The notes under the pieces were generated by a model. That model did not search any database. It was given only the letters and a program-made list of their open reading frames with translations, and was not told the DNA's origin. The translations under genes were made by a program, and so were the position numbers. Below are positions 1 to 9,348 of a stretch of DNA of 32,000 nt, piece by piece (the first letter of the stretch is position 1; every line of letters begins with the position of its first letter). The DNA comes from Bifidobacterium longum subsp. longum JCM 1217 (lineage in GTDB: Bacteria > Actinomycetota > Actinomycetes > Actinomycetales > Bifidobacteriaceae): positions 1,290,001 through 1,322,000 of the forward strand of contig NC_015067.1 in assembly GCF_000196555.1 (NCBI RefSeq), given 5' to 3'.

Positions 1-535
1 GCGTGCGATGCTTGGCCTGGATGCCTAGACGACGGGCCACGCCACACAGGGCCATGGCGGCCTCTTCCGTGGGGCAAGCGATTTCCAGGAAGCTGGCCTT
101 ACCGGGATCGGACAGGAAGCCACGGGCCATGAAGGCGCCGCGCCATGCCGCTTTGATTTGGGCGATGGATCCGTTGACCACTTCAGACGGCAGTCCACGG
201 ACCTGCTGCTTGCGGCGGTCGACCAGTCCGGTCTGCAAAGCCAAGGCCACTACGTTGCGGGTGACGAGCACCACATAGGTCTCGACAGGGCCGTTCGGGG
301 TCTGACGTGTGAGGTGATTGACCTCGGCTTCGTGCCCGAACGTGTTCCTCAACGTGTTCTTCAGCCATTCTGCAACGTCAAGCGAGGTGAATACGGCTTG
401 GATAACGTATGTATTCTGTACCGGTCGAAGACCGCCGCCAAAACGGATCATGGCCGCAGCTTGGGCCTTGATCGCGGCTGGCGAATCGCCTTCAAAGGCT
501 GCCAACTCGCTTTTGACATCGTCCAGAAGAGCCAA
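1..535 (-). CDS. whiA: WhiA-family transcription/cell-division regulator, N-terminal ~178 codons; the 3' end runs off the window. It is absent from the ORF track because no stop lies in the window.
   Basis: Hand translation of the minus strand from TTG at 535-533, with GGAGGT at 546-541 (5 nt upstream): [14 protein letters not shown]...[52 protein letters not shown]. This matches the conserved WhiA core as I remember it from mycobacterial WhiA (VRGLP..VV.GS....AAWRGAFLAHGSL.EPG..S.LE). It lies downstream of rapZ, as in other Actinomycetota. Confidence 0.8.
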   Translation of the reverse strand, partial: MALLDDVKSELAAFEGDSPAAIKAQAAAMIRFGGGLRPVQNTYVIQAVFTSLDVAEWLKNTLRNTFGHEAEVNHLTRQTPNGPVETYVVLVTRNVVALALQTGLVDRRKQQVRGLPSEVVNGSIAQIKAAWRGAFMARGFLSDPGKASFLEIACPTEEAAMALCGVARRLGIQAKHRT

Positions 536-733
536 GATCTACCTCCTACAGTCCCGTTCTTCTCAATGCTTCAGGCGCTTCGTGCCGTTATCTGCTGTCA
601 CACGGTCGGAAGCCATCGGCTTTCTGTGATACCTAATCTGGTGGACAAGCGAACCCGTTTGATACGTATTATGGGCTCTGCTTTCTCGCAGTGTGGTCAC
701 CGAACGCTTGCCCGATGACCGCTCGACGCCTGC

Positions 734-1720
734 TTACGATGAGTGACGCTTGTGCTGTTCTCTCGCGGAAACGGTTACGTTGAGCCCATGTGCGCGTAAG
801 CGGCGAGCCAGCTCTTCGCTCATCGCCACCGACCGGTGCTGACCACCGGTGCAGCCGACGGCGATGGTTACGTAGTGCTTGTCTTCCTGGGCGTATCCTT
901 CCAACGCAATCTCGATAGCTTTCTCATAAGCGTCGAGAAATTCCTTGGCTCCCTTGCTGGAAAGCACGTAGTCGGCGACCGGCTTGTCGTGCCCGGTAAG
1001 CTCGCGCAGGCTGGGCACCCAGAACGGGTTGGGCAGAAAACGCACGTCGGCCACGAAATCGGCGTCGATGGGCATACCGTATTTGAAGCCGAAGCTGAAG
1101 ATGTGTACTGCCACGGTGGTGGGGCCGGAGCCGAGCATCGCCTCGTAGAGTTTGGTGGACAGCTGGTGGATGCTCAGGGAGCTGGTGTCGATGACCCAGT
1201 CGGCTCGTTCCTTGAGGTCTTCCAGCAGGTGACGTTCCTCAAGGATGCCGTCGACCAGTCGGTTGCCGTGCTGCAGCGGGTGCGGGCGGCGCACGGATTC
1301 GTAGCGCTTGATGAGCACTTCGTTGCTGGCGTCGAGGAACAGAATACGGGTTTTGACGCCGAGATCATCCAGATGGCCGAGCACGGCGGCCAGCTCGTCG
1401 AAATAGCTGGAGCGCACGTCGATGACGGCGGCAAGCTTGTGGACGCCTGACTCCGATCCGGAACCGGAGGTGGTCATCATGTCGACAAGCGGGATAAGCA
1501 GTTTGGGAGGCAGGTTGTCGACCACATACCATCCCATGTCTTCCACGCAGTCAGCGGCATGAGAGCGGCCTGCGCCGGACATACCGGTGATGAGCAGCAC
1601 TTCGAAGGCATCAAGCGGGGTCGGCTGGTTGTCCGGAGTCGATGTGGATGTCGCGGAATTCGCCGGCGCATTCGTGGCGGCCGCCTCGCCGGTATCGCGG
1701 TTCGTTGTCTGTTGATTCAT
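734..1720 (-). CDS. rapZ: RNase adapter / nucleotide-binding protein RapZ (YvcJ family)
   Basis: 328-aa ORF. P-loop LLITGMSGAGRSHAA and a C-terminal GCTGGQHRSV motif are typical of RapZ. Its ATG shares 1 nt with the aroE stop (TAATG). Confidence 0.9.
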   Translation of the reverse strand: MNQQTTNRDTGEAAATNAPANSATSTSTPDNQPTPLDAFEVLLITGMSGAGRSHAADCVEDMGWYVVDNLPPKLLIPLVDMMTTSGSGSESGVHKLAAVIDVRSSYFDELAAVLGHLDDLGVKTRILFLDASNEVLIKRYESVRRPHPLQHGNRLVDGILEERHLLEDLKERADWVIDTSSLSIHQLSTKLYEAMLGSGPTTVAVHIFSFGFKYGMPIDADFVADVRFLPNPFWVPSLRELTGHDKPVADYVLSSKGAKEFLDAYEKAIEIALEGYAQEDKHYVTIAVGCTGGQHRSVAMSEELARRLRAHGLNVTVSAREQHKRHSS

Positions 1721-2691
1721 TACAGCGCCTCCTCAAGAGCTTTGCGCATCGCGATCTCCAGCTGGTCGTCTTCGGTGGTGGTGTCCTGCAGACGCTGGTC
1801 GGCATCGCTGGGCGGGTCGTCATCCCAGATACCGGTCATCAGCAATACCTGTACGAGAGCTTGGTACAGCAGCATTTCTTCGCCGCCGATGGCGTGACCG
1901 CCATGAGCGCGCCAGGCTTCCATGAGCTTGGTGGGGCGTGGATCGTAGATCACGTCCAACAGCAGTCCGGAGAATGGCTCGGTTCCGGCATCGGCGAGGG
2001 CATCCGCGACGTTGTCGGCCGCGTGTCCGGGAATCGTGTTGATGACATAGGTGGCGTTGCGGGCTGCCTCGAGCAGGGCCTGATCGTCGCCTAATTCGAT
2101 TTCGTTGTACGGGTTATGCACGTTGACGAACTTTTCGGCCACTGGTTTAAGCCCGGTGTTTTTTCCGGGGTGGCGGGCGGCGACGACGATATGGCCGATT
2201 TCGGGCATCATGCAGCATGCGGCCAACGCCGAAGTGGCGGTGTTGCCATTGCCGATGATCAGCGCGGTGCCGCTTCTCGACGCGGTGTGGTGTTCGCCGA
2301 GTTCGCGATTGGCATGGTCGAAGGCGAGTTGGATGCCGATGACATCGGTGTTGTATAGCTTGATGCCCGGCTTGCCGTTCGGCCAAGCGGGATCATCGGC
2401 AGCCACGCTCCAGTCGAATACCGCGGTATTCGCCACCTTCAGTTCCTTGGCCCACAAATTTTCCGGAACACCGTACGGTTGGATGGTCTTCTTCAACGGC
2501 ATGGTCAGGCTCAGGCCAGCCCACGTCGAGTCAAGGCCTTTGAGGAAAGCGTCGAGGTCGTCTTCCCCCACCTCGTGCTTGTCGTACAGCCAATCGTCGA
2601 GTTTCAGCGAACGGTAGGCCGCGTTGTGGAGCACGGGTGACAATGAGTGTGCGACGGGTTTGCCGAGTACAGCGCAACGATGATTGGCCAT
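1720..2691 (-). CDS. aroE: Shikimate 5-dehydrogenase
   Basis: 323-aa ORF. N-terminus AVLGKPVAHSLSPVLHNAAY and SLTMPLKK are classic AroE substrate-site motifs. GGAGGGGAT lies directly upstream of the ATG at 2691. Confidence 0.85.
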   Translation of the reverse strand: MANHRCAVLGKPVAHSLSPVLHNAAYRSLKLDDWLYDKHEVGEDDLDAFLKGLDSTWAGLSLTMPLKKTIQPYGVPENLWAKELKVANTAVFDWSVAADDPAWPNGKPGIKLYNTDVIGIQLAFDHANRELGEHHTASRSGTALIIGNGNTATSALAACCMMPEIGHIVVAARHPGKNTGLKPVAEKFVNVHNPYNEIELGDDQALLEAARNATYVINTIPGHAADNVADALADAGTEPFSGLLLDVIYDPRPTKLMEAWRAHGGHAIGGEEMLLYQALVQVLLMTGIWDDDPPSDADQRLQDTTTEDDQLEIAMRKALEEAL

Positions 2692-2799
2692 ATCCCCTCC
2701 TTGATGTCTGTTCCCATGCTAGCCGACACTTTGCTTCGAATATGTCAACCACAGGCCCCGCAACCGAAAATTTACTCTGGGCTGCTGGACCGGGCCGGC

Positions 2800-5166
2800 T
2801 CACTGCTCGTGCAGCGCGGTGTACAGCGCTTCGGCTTTGGCGTGGCCGATGCCTTTGACCTTCTCGAAGTCCTCGACACTGGCTTCGCGCATGGCTTTGA
2901 CCGAGCCGAAGTGGTTGAGCAGCCGCTTCTGGTAGCTTTCGCCGATGCCGGGAATCTCGTCGAGCGCGCTGCGCAGGGCGCCTTTGCGCCGCTGCTGGCG
3001 GTGGTAGGTGATGGCGAAGCGGTGGGATTCGTCGCGCACACGCTGCAGCAGATACATGCCTTCGGACTGGCGTTTGAGGATGATCGGATAGTCGTCGTCC
3101 GGCACCCACACCTCTTCCAAGCGTTTGGCCAGTCCGCAGACGGCCACGTCGTTCACGCCACAGTCCTCAAGCGCCTTGGCGGCGGCCATGACCTGCGGCT
3201 TGCCGCCATCGACCACCACCAGGTTCGGCTTGTAGGCAAAGTGATGCCGGTTTGTGTTCTGCTGGACGATGTCGGGCGGGGACTCCCGCGCATCGTTCTG
3301 CACTCCGACCGGCACCGCGTGCCCCTTGCCACTGATGCCGGAACCGCCCTCACCATTGTCGTTACCGTTCGCAGCGATTGTCTCCGCCGCCACGGCAGTG
3401 GTCATCTTGCCGGCGGCCGAGGCCACACGCTGTTCCGCGTCGATGCTTTCGCCGGAGTCGCCGGCGATGTTGCCGTGCTTGAAGCGGCGGGTGAGCGTCT
3501 CGTAAAGCGCGGACAGATCATCCACCGCGCCTTTGCCGTCCTTGCCTCGGATGGCGAAGCGTCGGTATTCGGATTTCTTGGCGATCGCGTCTTCGAACAC
3601 CACCATGGAGGCCACCTGGAAGGCACCGCCCACAGTGTTCGAAATGTCGTAGCATTCGATGCGCAGCGGGGCTTCCGCGAGTCCCAATGCCTTGGCCACA
3701 TCGTTCATGGCCTGGGTGCGTGCGCCCATGTCGGAGATGCGGCTCATCTTGCTGCGTTGCAGTGCTTGGCTGGCGTTCTCGTTGGCGCGGTCCATAAGCT
3801 GCTTCTTGTCGCCTCGCGAGGCCACACGGATGGTCACCGCTCCCCCGCGCAGATTGGTCAGCCAGCCTTCGAGTTCCTCACGGCGGGCCGGTTCGACGGG
3901 CACGATGATTTCGCGCGGTACCGGTGCGATGGGTGCCAGCAGGTCCGCGCGCCCGGTGGTCTCCTGACGGGTGTTGCGTTCTCGGGTGGCCTGGGCGCGT
4001 GCCACAGCGTCCGTGGCCGTGATGGTTTGCGTGGAGCCGATGGCCTCGCGATTAGTGGAGATGGTCGCGGCCGACTGGGGGTGATTGTCCCCGGCGGCGT
4101 CCGAATACACCTGCACCAGAAGGTCGGCCATCAAGTCGGCGTCATCGATGTCCTCAACTCGTTCGACGCTCCAGTTGCGTTCGCCGCGAATCGAGCCGGC
4201 GCGCACATAAAAAGCGTGCACGGAGGCTTCGAGCTCGTCGCTGGCGAAGCCGAACACGTCCGCGTCCACATCCTGGTCGAAGACGACGGCGTTCTGTTGC
4301 ACCACGGTTTCCAGCATTTGGATCTGGTCGCGCAGTCGGGCGGCTTTCTCGAATTCGAGTTCGGCGCTGGCCTCTTTCATGTCGCGGGTCAACTGGGCGA
4401 TGTATGGCCGTCCGAGTCGTCCGGTCATCACACCGACCAGCTGTTCGCACAGCCTCCGGTGTTCGTCCGCTTCAATGCGGTTCACGCAGGGTGCGGAGCA
4501 TTTGCCGATGGAAGCGAACAGGCATGGCCGTCCGGTCAGTTGCGCCTTATGGAACACGTTGGTGGTGCAGGTGCGTACCGGGAACGTGCGCAGCAACCGG
4601 TCAAGACTGTGCCGCAATTCCCACACTTTGGCATAGGGGCCGAAATACCGGGTATCCCGCCGTTTGCGCGACCGCGTGACCCACACGCGCGGAATTCGCT
4701 CCCCCGTGCTGACCGCGAGATACGGATAGGTCTTGTCGTCGCGGAACTGCACGTTGAACCGTGGGTCGAATTCCTTGATCCACGTGTATTCCAACGTCAG
4801 TGATTCCAGTTCGGTGGCGACGACCGTCCACTCCAGGCTGCGTGCGGTCAGCACCATGGTCTGCGTGCGCGGATGCAGCAGATACAGCGGCTGGAAATAA
4901 TTGGTGAGCCTGTTGCGCAGGTTCTTTGCCTTGCCCACATAAATGACGCGCCCTTCCCCGTCGCGCCATTTGTACACACCGGGTTTGGCGGGAATATCCG
5001 AGGTCTTGGGTCGGAACAGGTCGCGAGAATCCCCCAGCAAAGGTGCCCCATTCGCATTCACCTTCGCCGTCGTTTCCCCGGCACCCACAGCTATGCTTTC
5101 CGACATTAACGCCGCCGCAGTCTTCCGCCACTCATCCGGACTATGCCGCTCAATATCGTTCGTCAT
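2800..5166 (-). CDS. uvrC: Excinuclease ABC subunit C
   Basis: GIY-YIG module PGVYKWRDGEGRVIYVGKAKNLRNRLTNYF. C-terminal helix-hairpin-helix IPGIGESYQKRLLNHFGS...VKGIGHAKAEAL. The tracked ORF extends to 5292, but the ATG at 5166 (MTNDIERH) has GAGGAGG just upstream, and the extension runs through the intergenic hairpin. Confidence 0.92.
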   Translation of the reverse strand: MTNDIERHSPDEWRKTAAALMSESIAVGAGETTAKVNANGAPLLGDSRDLFRPKTSDIPAKPGVYKWRDGEGRVIYVGKAKNLRNRLTNYFQPLYLLHPRTQTMVLTARSLEWTVVATELESLTLEYTWIKEFDPRFNVQFRDDKTYPYLAVSTGERIPRVWVTRSRKRRDTRYFGPYAKVWELRHSLDRLLRTFPVRTCTTNVFHKAQLTGRPCLFASIGKCSAPCVNRIEADEHRRLCEQLVGVMTGRLGRPYIAQLTRDMKEASAELEFEKAARLRDQIQMLETVVQQNAVVFDQDVDADVFGFASDELEASVHAFYVRAGSIRGERNWSVERVEDIDDADLMADLLVQVYSDAAGDNHPQSAATISTNREAIGSTQTITATDAVARAQATRERNTRQETTGRADLLAPIAPVPREIIVPVEPARREELEGWLTNLRGGAVTIRVASRGDKKQLMDRANENASQALQRSKMSRISDMGARTQAMNDVAKALGLAEAPLRIECYDISNTVGGAFQVASMVVFEDAIAKKSEYRRFAIRGKDGKGAVDDLSALYETLTRRFKHGNIAGDSGESIDAEQRVASAAGKMTTAVAAETIAANGNDNGEGGSGISGKGHAVPVGVQNDARESPPDIVQQNTNRHHFAYKPNLVVVDGGKPQVMAAAKALEDCGVNDVAVCGLAKRLEEVWVPDDDYPIILKRQSEGMYLLQRVRDESHRFAITYHRQQRRKGALRSALDEIPGIGESYQKRLLNHFGSVKAMREASVEDFEKVKGIGHAKAEALYTALHEQ

Positions 5167-5206
5167 AATCCTCCTCGCTATTAAGCAAAACCAATCATCA
5201 GGGATT

Positions 5207-5294
5207 GGGTGGGTTGGGGTGTGTGTTGCTGGACCGTAAAGACTTGACCTGAGCGGCCCGGAGCATGTCCAGCAACAAACACCCCAACCCACCC
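5207..5294 (-). terminator. Long inverted repeat (28-nt arms, 1 mismatch, 32-nt loop) between the uvrA stop and the uvrC start; candidate uvrA terminator/attenuator
   Basis: Left arm 5207-5234 is gggtgggttggggtgtgtgttgctggac. Right arm 5267-5294 is gtccagcaacaaacaccccaacccaccc. The reverse complement differs at one position. It starts 22 nt after the uvrA stop (5316) and has only a weak T-rich tail (TTGGTTTTGCTT) on the transcribed strand. Confidence 0.5.
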
Positions 5295-5315
5295 GAGGTC
5301 AGCTGCAATGGAAGG

Positions 5316-8300
5316 CTAAAGCATGGGTTTCAGGAACTTGCCGGTCCATGAGGCTTCGCATTCGGCAACCTGTTCGGGCGTGCCCTGCGTGACGATGGTG
5401 CCGCCTCCGTCGCCGCCCTCCGGACCGAGATCGATCAGCCAGTCGGCCTCCTTGATCACATCCAGATTATGTTCGATGACGATGACCGTATTGCCCTTGT
5501 CCACCAGGGACTGCAGCACCTTGAGCAGCTTGTTCACGTCTTCGAAGTGCAGGCCGGTGGTCGGCTCGTCGAGGATGTACACGGTTTTGCCGTCGGATCG
5601 GCGCTGCAGCTCGGTGGCAAGCTTGACGCGCTGCGATTCACCGCCGGACAGGGTGGGTGCGGGCTGGCCGAGTCGGATGTAGCCGAGGCCGACGTCCACG
5701 AGGGTCTTCAGGTATCGGGAGATGCCGGTGTACGCCTTGAAGAAGTCGGCGGCCTCCTCGATGGGCATGTTGAGGATGTCGGCCACGGTCTTGCCGTTGT
5801 ACGTGACTTCGAGGGTCTCGCGGTTGTATCGTTTGCCGTGGCAGACCTCGCAGTCCACGTAGACGTCGGGCAGGAAGTTCATTTCGATCTTCAGCGTGCC
5901 GTCACCGTGGCAGGCCTCACATCGGCCGCCTTTGACGTTGAAACTGAAGCGGCCGGGGCCGTAGCCGCGCACCTGGGCTTCGGGAGTCTTGGCGAACAGG
6001 GTGCGGATCTTGTCCCACACACCGGTGTAGGTGGCGGGGTTGGATCGCGGCGTGCGGCCGATCGGGTTCTGGTCGACGTGGATCACCTTGCGCACCTGGT
6101 CCACGCCTTCCACGCGCGTGTGGCGGCCGGGTACGATGCGTGCACCGTTGAGCTTGTCGGCGAGCACCGGGTAGAGGATCGTGTTGACCAGCGAGGATTT
6201 GCCGGAGCCGGAGACGCCGGTGACCACGGTGAGCACGCCGAGCGGGAAGCTCACGTCGATGTTCTTGAGGTTGTTCTCGCGGGCACCCACGACTTTGAGC
6301 ACCTGGGTCTTGTGGATCTTGCGGCGCTTGGCGGGCACGGCGATCTCTCGCCGGTGGGCGATGTAGTCGCCGGTGATGGAGCGCTTGGCTTCTATGAGGT
6401 GCTTGGCGGGGCCGGAGTAGATGACTTCGCCGCCGTGTTCGCCGGCGCCGGGGCCGATGTCGACCACCCAGTCGGCGCGGCGTATCGTGTCCTCGTCGTG
6501 TTCGACGACAATCAGCGTGTTGCCGAGATCGCGCAGGTGGTGCAGGGTTTCGATGAGGCGTTCGTTGTCACGCTGGTGCAGGCCGATGGACGGCTCGTCG
6601 AGCACGTACATGACGCCGACCAGACCGGAGCCGATCTGCGTGGCGAGTCGGATGCGCTGCGCTTCTCCGCCGGACAGGGTGGCGGCCGCGCGCGAGAGGG
6701 TCAGGTAGTCGAGGCCGACGTCGTTCAGGAAGCCGAGTCGGGCCTTGATCTCCTTGAGCACTTCGCCGGCGATCAGCTGTGCCGAGCCTTCGAGTTCCAG
6801 GCCGTTGATCCAGGCGAGTTCGCGTACGACGGGCATGTCGCACACGTCGAAGATGGATTTTCCGTCCACAGTGACAGCGAGCACTTCGGGCTTCAGACGG
6901 CGTCCGTGGCAGACCTGGCAGGGCACTTCGCGCATGTACGACTCGTAGTATTCGCGCATGGACTGCGAATCGGTTTCGTCGTGGCGTCGCATGAGCGTGC
7001 GGATCACGCCTTCGAAGCCGGTGGAGTATTCGCGCAGGCGTCCCCAGCGATTGCGGTAGGAGACGTTGACCTTGAAGTCGTGGCCGTAGAGGATGTCGTG
7101 CTTGACGTCGTCCGGCAGGCCCTTCCAAGGGGTCTTCATGGAGAAGCCCATTTCCTTGGCCAGACCTTCGAGGATGTGGCCGTAGTACTGGGAGGTCATC
7201 TTGGTGCCGCTCCACGGTTCGATGACGCCGTCGGCCAGTGACTTGTCCGGGTCGGAGATGATGAGGTCCGGGTCGATTTCCAGTTTGAAGCCGAGACCGG
7301 TGCAGGCGGGGCAGGCACCGTAGGGGGCGTTGAAGGAGAAGGTGCGCGGCTCGACCTCGTCGAGTTCGAGCGTGTGCCCGTTCGGGCAGCTGCGGTGTTC
7401 GGAGAACGGCTGGCGGCGGGCCGGGCTGCCTTCCTCCTCGTCCACGAAGTCGATGACGATGCTGCCGTTGGCGAGCTTGAGGGCGGTTTCCACCGAGTCG
7501 GTCAGGCGTTGGCGGATGCCGTCCTTGACCACGAGTCGGTCGACCACGACCTCGATGGTGTGCTTCTTCTGCTTGGTGAGTTTGATGTCGTCGGACAGCT
7601 GCGTCATCTCGCCGTCGATGAGCGCGCGGGCGTAGCCGTCGGAGCGCAGCAGCTCGATCATATCCACGAACTCGCCCTTGCGGCCCTTGACCACGGGCGC
7701 GAGAATCTGGAATCGCGTGCGCTCCGGGTAGCCGAGCAGTGTGTCGACGATCTGCTGCGGGGTCTGGGAGGCGACGGGCTCGCCGCATTCAGGGCAGTGA
7801 GGGATGCCGGTGCGGGCGAAGAGCAGTCGCAGGTAATCGTAGATTTCGGTGATGGTGCCGACGGTAGAACGCGGGTTGCGGTTGGTGGTCTTCTGGTCGA
7901 TGGAGACGGCCGGGCTCAGGCCCTCGATGAAGTCAACGTCGGGCTTGTCCATCTGACCCAGGAACTGGCGGGCGTAGGCGGATAGGGATTCGACGTAGCG
8001 TCGCTGGCCTTCGGCGAACAGGGTGTCAAACGCGAGCGAGGATTTGCCCGAACCGGACAGGCCTGTGAACACGACCATGCGATTGCGCGGAATCGCCAGG
8101 TCGACGTTCTTGAGGTTGTGTTCGCGCGCACCCTGAATCGTGATCTTGAGATCGTTCGGGATGTGCGAGATATCAGCTACCAGCGAACCATCGTGTTCAA
8201 TCAGCGGCGCCTTTTTGATCTCCCGGCTCAGGAAGGAGTCGCTGGTCATCACCTTTTCGACGATGACCTCACCGTTCTTGCCCTTGCCGGTTTTCGCGCC

Positions 8301-8351
8301 CGTTGCGCTTGTTGCGCGCCTTGCGCCAGTCTGCATTGCCGCCACAGCCAC
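5316..8351 (-). CDS. uvrA: Excinuclease ABC subunit A
   Basis: 1011-aa ORF with [48 protein letters not shown], a second Walker [12 protein letters not shown] and two LSGGE.QR signatures. GTG start at 8351 with GGAAGG upstream. An internal ATG at 8249 (MTSDSF) is an alternative start. Confidence 0.95.
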   Translation of the reverse strand: MAVAAMQTGARRATSATGAKTGKGKNGEVIVEKVMTSDSFLSREIKKAPLIEHDGSLVADISHIPNDLKITIQGAREHNLKNVDLAIPRNRMVVFTGLSGSGKSSLAFDTLFAEGQRRYVESLSAYARQFLGQMDKPDVDFIEGLSPAVSIDQKTTNRNPRSTVGTITEIYDYLRLLFARTGIPHCPECGEPVASQTPQQIVDTLLGYPERTRFQILAPVVKGRKGEFVDMIELLRSDGYARALIDGEMTQLSDDIKLTKQKKHTIEVVVDRLVVKDGIRQRLTDSVETALKLANGSIVIDFVDEEEGSPARRQPFSEHRSCPNGHTLELDEVEPRTFSFNAPYGACPACTGLGFKLEIDPDLIISDPDKSLADGVIEPWSGTKMTSQYYGHILEGLAKEMGFSMKTPWKGLPDDVKHDILYGHDFKVNVSYRNRWGRLREYSTGFEGVIRTLMRRHDETDSQSMREYYESYMREVPCQVCHGRRLKPEVLAVTVDGKSIFDVCDMPVVRELAWINGLELEGSAQLIAGEVLKEIKARLGFLNDVGLDYLTLSRAAATLSGGEAQRIRLATQIGSGLVGVMYVLDEPSIGLHQRDNERLIETLHHLRDLGNTLIVVEHDEDTIRRADWVVDIGPGAGEHGGEVIYSGPAKHLIEAKRSITGDYIAHRREIAVPAKRRKIHKTQVLKVVGARENNLKNIDVSFPLGVLTVVTGVSGSGKSSLVNTILYPVLADKLNGARIVPGRHTRVEGVDQVRKVIHVDQNPIGRTPRSNPATYTGVWDKIRTLFAKTPEAQVRGYGPGRFSFNVKGGRCEACHGDGTLKIEMNFLPDVYVDCEVCHGKRYNRETLEVTYNGKTVADILNMPIEEAADFFKAYTGISRYLKTLVDVGLGYIRLGQPAPTLSGGESQRVKLATELQRRSDGKTVYILDEPTTGLHFEDVNKLLKVLQSLVDKGNTVIVIEHNLDVIKEADWLIDLGPEGGDGGGTIVTQGTPEQVAECEASWTGKFLKPML

Positions 8352-8437
8352 ACCCCACCTTCCATCTCACCGTTCCCGCGCGCACGGTCATGCGCGCGCC
8401 AAATCTGTCCCAAGGATACCCGAACACACGACCAAAT

Positions 8438-8453
8438 TCGAACGCTTGTTCGA
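8438..8453. promoter_or_regulatory. LexA (SOS) box upstream of uvrA
   Basis: TCGAACGCTTGTTCGA is a perfect match to the actinobacterial/Cheo-type SOS box TCGAAC-N4-GTTCGA. It lies 87 nt upstream of the uvrA GTG. uvrA is a classic SOS-regulon member. Confidence 0.65.
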
Positions 8454-8521
8454 TGGCGTGTCAGGCCGGAAAACTGAACCAGAGTATGCAAAATTCCGGA
8501 CCATCAGTGGACCGAAACGCA

Positions 8522-8558
8522 AGAGCCGGCCCCCAAGATACTCGGGGCGTCCGGCTCT
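8522..8558 (-). terminator. GC-rich hairpin downstream of the trailing island gene; candidate terminator of the Wadjet block
   Basis: agagccgg(c)cccc ... gggg(cgt)ccggctct. It lies 58 nt after the stop at 8616 and is followed on the minus strand by TGCGTTTCGG, a modest U-tail. Confidence 0.4.
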
Positions 8559-8615
8559 CACTTCCATTTCCCCAGCGGGGTTGGCTTACCATGAAGTATA
8601 CACGGTTTTAGGACA

Positions 8616-9182
8616 TCAATCACTGTCGATGAACACTGTTCGAACATGGCCGAGGAATTCATCGTATCTTCCAGTACCGGCCTGGGCATCACCGTACGCT
8701 CCTAGCAGCTGATCAGGGAGCCATAGCCTTGCATCAGTCTCCCCTGCACAGAGTTCGACACGAATTGGCCCGATAAATCTGCGGCTTCTCAATCCATCGA
8801 TGAAACGGATATCGTTCCTGTCCTGTGAAATCTCGCGCCGTTCAAGCACAAGCGTGTCCACGTTGTATTCTGTTTCCAGCAGAGGCAGAAGACGTTCCAA
8901 ACATTTACGGCGAGCGCGTTCGGCGGTATTCCACTGGCTCATTGGTACCGCAGCCACAATGACATGATCAATGTCCATTGCAGCCATGGCATCAACGACT
9001 TTGCCACGCAATGATGGCCGCATGTCTCGCCAGTGCAATTTCCTTGCTCCTTTGGGCTTAAGCAACGCCAATCTTTGCCTTGTTTCGGTTTCCGTATCAT
9101 CACATACGCATGCGCCCATCAAGTACATAGGCGAGGGAACTCCGGTTTTCCGCACACTCTCGTCACCCCAAGCGGTTGCCAT
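8616..9182 (-). CDS. Hypothetical protein (188 aa from ATG 9182, or 198 aa from ATG 9212); motif layout reminiscent of the DUF3800 / RNase-H-like fold
   Basis: Clean ORF co-oriented with jetD. GAAGGGA lies 6 nt upstream of the ATG at 9182. Motifs: N-terminal AWGDES, central KLHWRDM, C-terminal LWLPDQLLGAYGD. About 48-53% GC in the two 60-nt lines I counted. Function is not established. Confidence 0.6.
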   Translation of the reverse strand: MATAWGDESVRKTGVPSPMYLMGACVCDDTETETRQRLALLKPKGARKLHWRDMRPSLRGKVVDAMAAMDIDHVIVAAVPMSQWNTAERARRKCLERLLPLLETEYNVDTLVLERREISQDRNDIRFIDGLRSRRFIGPIRVELCAGETDARLWLPDQLLGAYGDAQAGTGRYDEFLGHVRTVFIDSD

Positions 9183-9348
9183 GTTTGTCCCTTCTCGCGC
9201 AACGCAAAACAACAGTTCGATAGTATCGGATAGCAGTGCCGGACCTTGCAGCTATGCAATGCCGTTGCATTATTAATCGGAAGGCATAATGTGAGACGAG
9301 AAAAAGCTAAGCCGTTCTAGCTCTTGGCAACATCCCCAATCACTCAGC

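Noticed and set aside
3-718. Plus-strand ORFs 3-278, 158-718 and 318-629 at the window start.
   Set aside because: The opposite strand encodes a clear WhiA N-terminal region (hand-translated). The plus-strand products are not recognisable.
2647-4803. Very long plus-strand ORF (718 aa) antisense to uvrC. Similar long shadow ORFs occur at 5469-7241, 6568-7788, 11015-12355, 12476-14314, 14203-15450, 21447-23135 and 23577-25277.
   Set aside because: Each lies opposite a gene whose product has unmistakable family motifs. Their translations are low-complexity (G/A/V/R/H/D-rich) and match no family I recognise. Long stop-free antisense frames are expected at this GC content.
8637-8646. 10-bp palindrome TGTTCGAACA near the 3' end of the trailing island gene.
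   Set aside because: The half-site order is opposite to a LexA box and it lies inside coding sequence. A single short palindrome is not significant.
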